Positions 61,165 through 61,493 of a stretch of 61,493 nt of DNA are shown here, one piece after another. How positions within the stretch are numbered: position 1 is the stretch's first letter; each line of letters starts with the position of its first letter. The notes beneath the pieces are model-generated. The model had not been told where the DNA came from and did not search any database. It worked only from the letters and a program-made list of their open reading frames with translations. The DNA lies in assembly GCA_946631165.1 (NCBI GenBank), contig CAMOZZ010000001.1:1-61493 (forward strand), read 5' to 3'. The DNA comes from an uncultured Lachnospiraceae bacterium. GTDB taxonomy: Bacteria > Bacillota > Clostridia > Lachnospirales > Lachnospiraceae. The position numbers and the translations under genes were made by a program.

Positions 61165-61493
61165 ATGAAAAAGTTTCTCGCATTACTGTTGGCTGCAGCT
61201 ATGGTAATGAGCCTGGCTGCCTGCGGCGGATCATCAGCTCCTGCTGAGACCGAAGCTCCCGCAGAGACTGAAGCTGCTGCCGAGACCGAAGCTGCTGCTG
61301 AAGAAGCAGAACCCGCTGAAGAAGCTGAAGAGCCCGCAGGTGACTATTCTGCTCTTGATCCCGTAGAACTGATCGGTGCTGACTCCACCGGTAAGGGTGC
61401 TGCAGGACAGATCTTCGGTGAGTATGTTGCACAGCGTGTTGATGAGATCACCGGCGGACAGCTGACGATCGACTATCATCCCAACGGCGACCT
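61165..61493 (+). CDS. TRAP substrate-binding lipoprotein (3' end cut by window edge)
   Basis: This ORF is not in the ORF track because it runs off the window. It has an AGGAGG RBS, the lipobox 'SLAACGGS' and an (AETEA[PA])x3 linker. The gene order Q-M-P matches the first TRAP locus. Confidence 0.75.
   Translation, partial: MKKFLALLLAAAMVMSLAACGGSSAPAETEAPAETEAAAETEAAAEEAEPAEEAEEPAGDYSALDPVELIGADSTGKGAAGQIFGEYVAQRVDEITGGQLTIDYHPNGD

Overview
This 61.5-kb window looks like a chromosomal segment of a moderately GC-rich Firmicutes/Clostridia-type anaerobe. That placement is judged by eye from GGAGG-type ribosome-binding sites (RBS), rho-independent hairpin terminators, a YhaM/RlmD/TtcA-type housekeeping set and tRNA genes without encoded CCA. 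I did not compute composition or run any search. I call 56 protein-coding genes (both window-edge genes truncated) and one tRNA operon (Gly-His-Gln-Lys) with its own promoter and terminator. I found no rRNA, CRISPR array, transposase, integrase or phage genes. Content is mostly core metabolism and translation: argS, proS, glyA, gap, fumC, malic enzyme, aspartate kinase, rlmD and yhaM. Transport and accessory genes include an ABC importer with a glycerophosphodiesterase, two paralogous TRAP loci each beside an AraC regulator, a MATE pump, a YtrA-type GntR/ABC operon and a GH2 glycosidase. I could not demonstrate a clear-cut new system. The best candidates for follow-up are: (1) an orphan NorQ/CbbQ-like AAA+ ATPase plus NorD/CobT-like vWA pair with no client gene nearby and a non-canonical Walker A; (2) a NifX-like domain, Cys/His-rich linker and SlyD-type FKBP fused in one protein; (3) a PurF-like amidophosphoribosyltransferase lacking the N-terminal catalytic Cys; (4) an HtrA-like PDZ protein in which all three catalytic-triad positions appear substituted; (5) two very long intergenic palindromes that share sequence blocks; (6) a tightly packed operon of hydrolases preceded by a radical-SAM, ATP-grasp and esterase trio; (7) a structured leader with a 41-codon upstream ORF ahead of the GH2 gene. 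All family assignments come from motif recognition by eye. The many long antisense ORFs in the supplied track are treated as artefacts.
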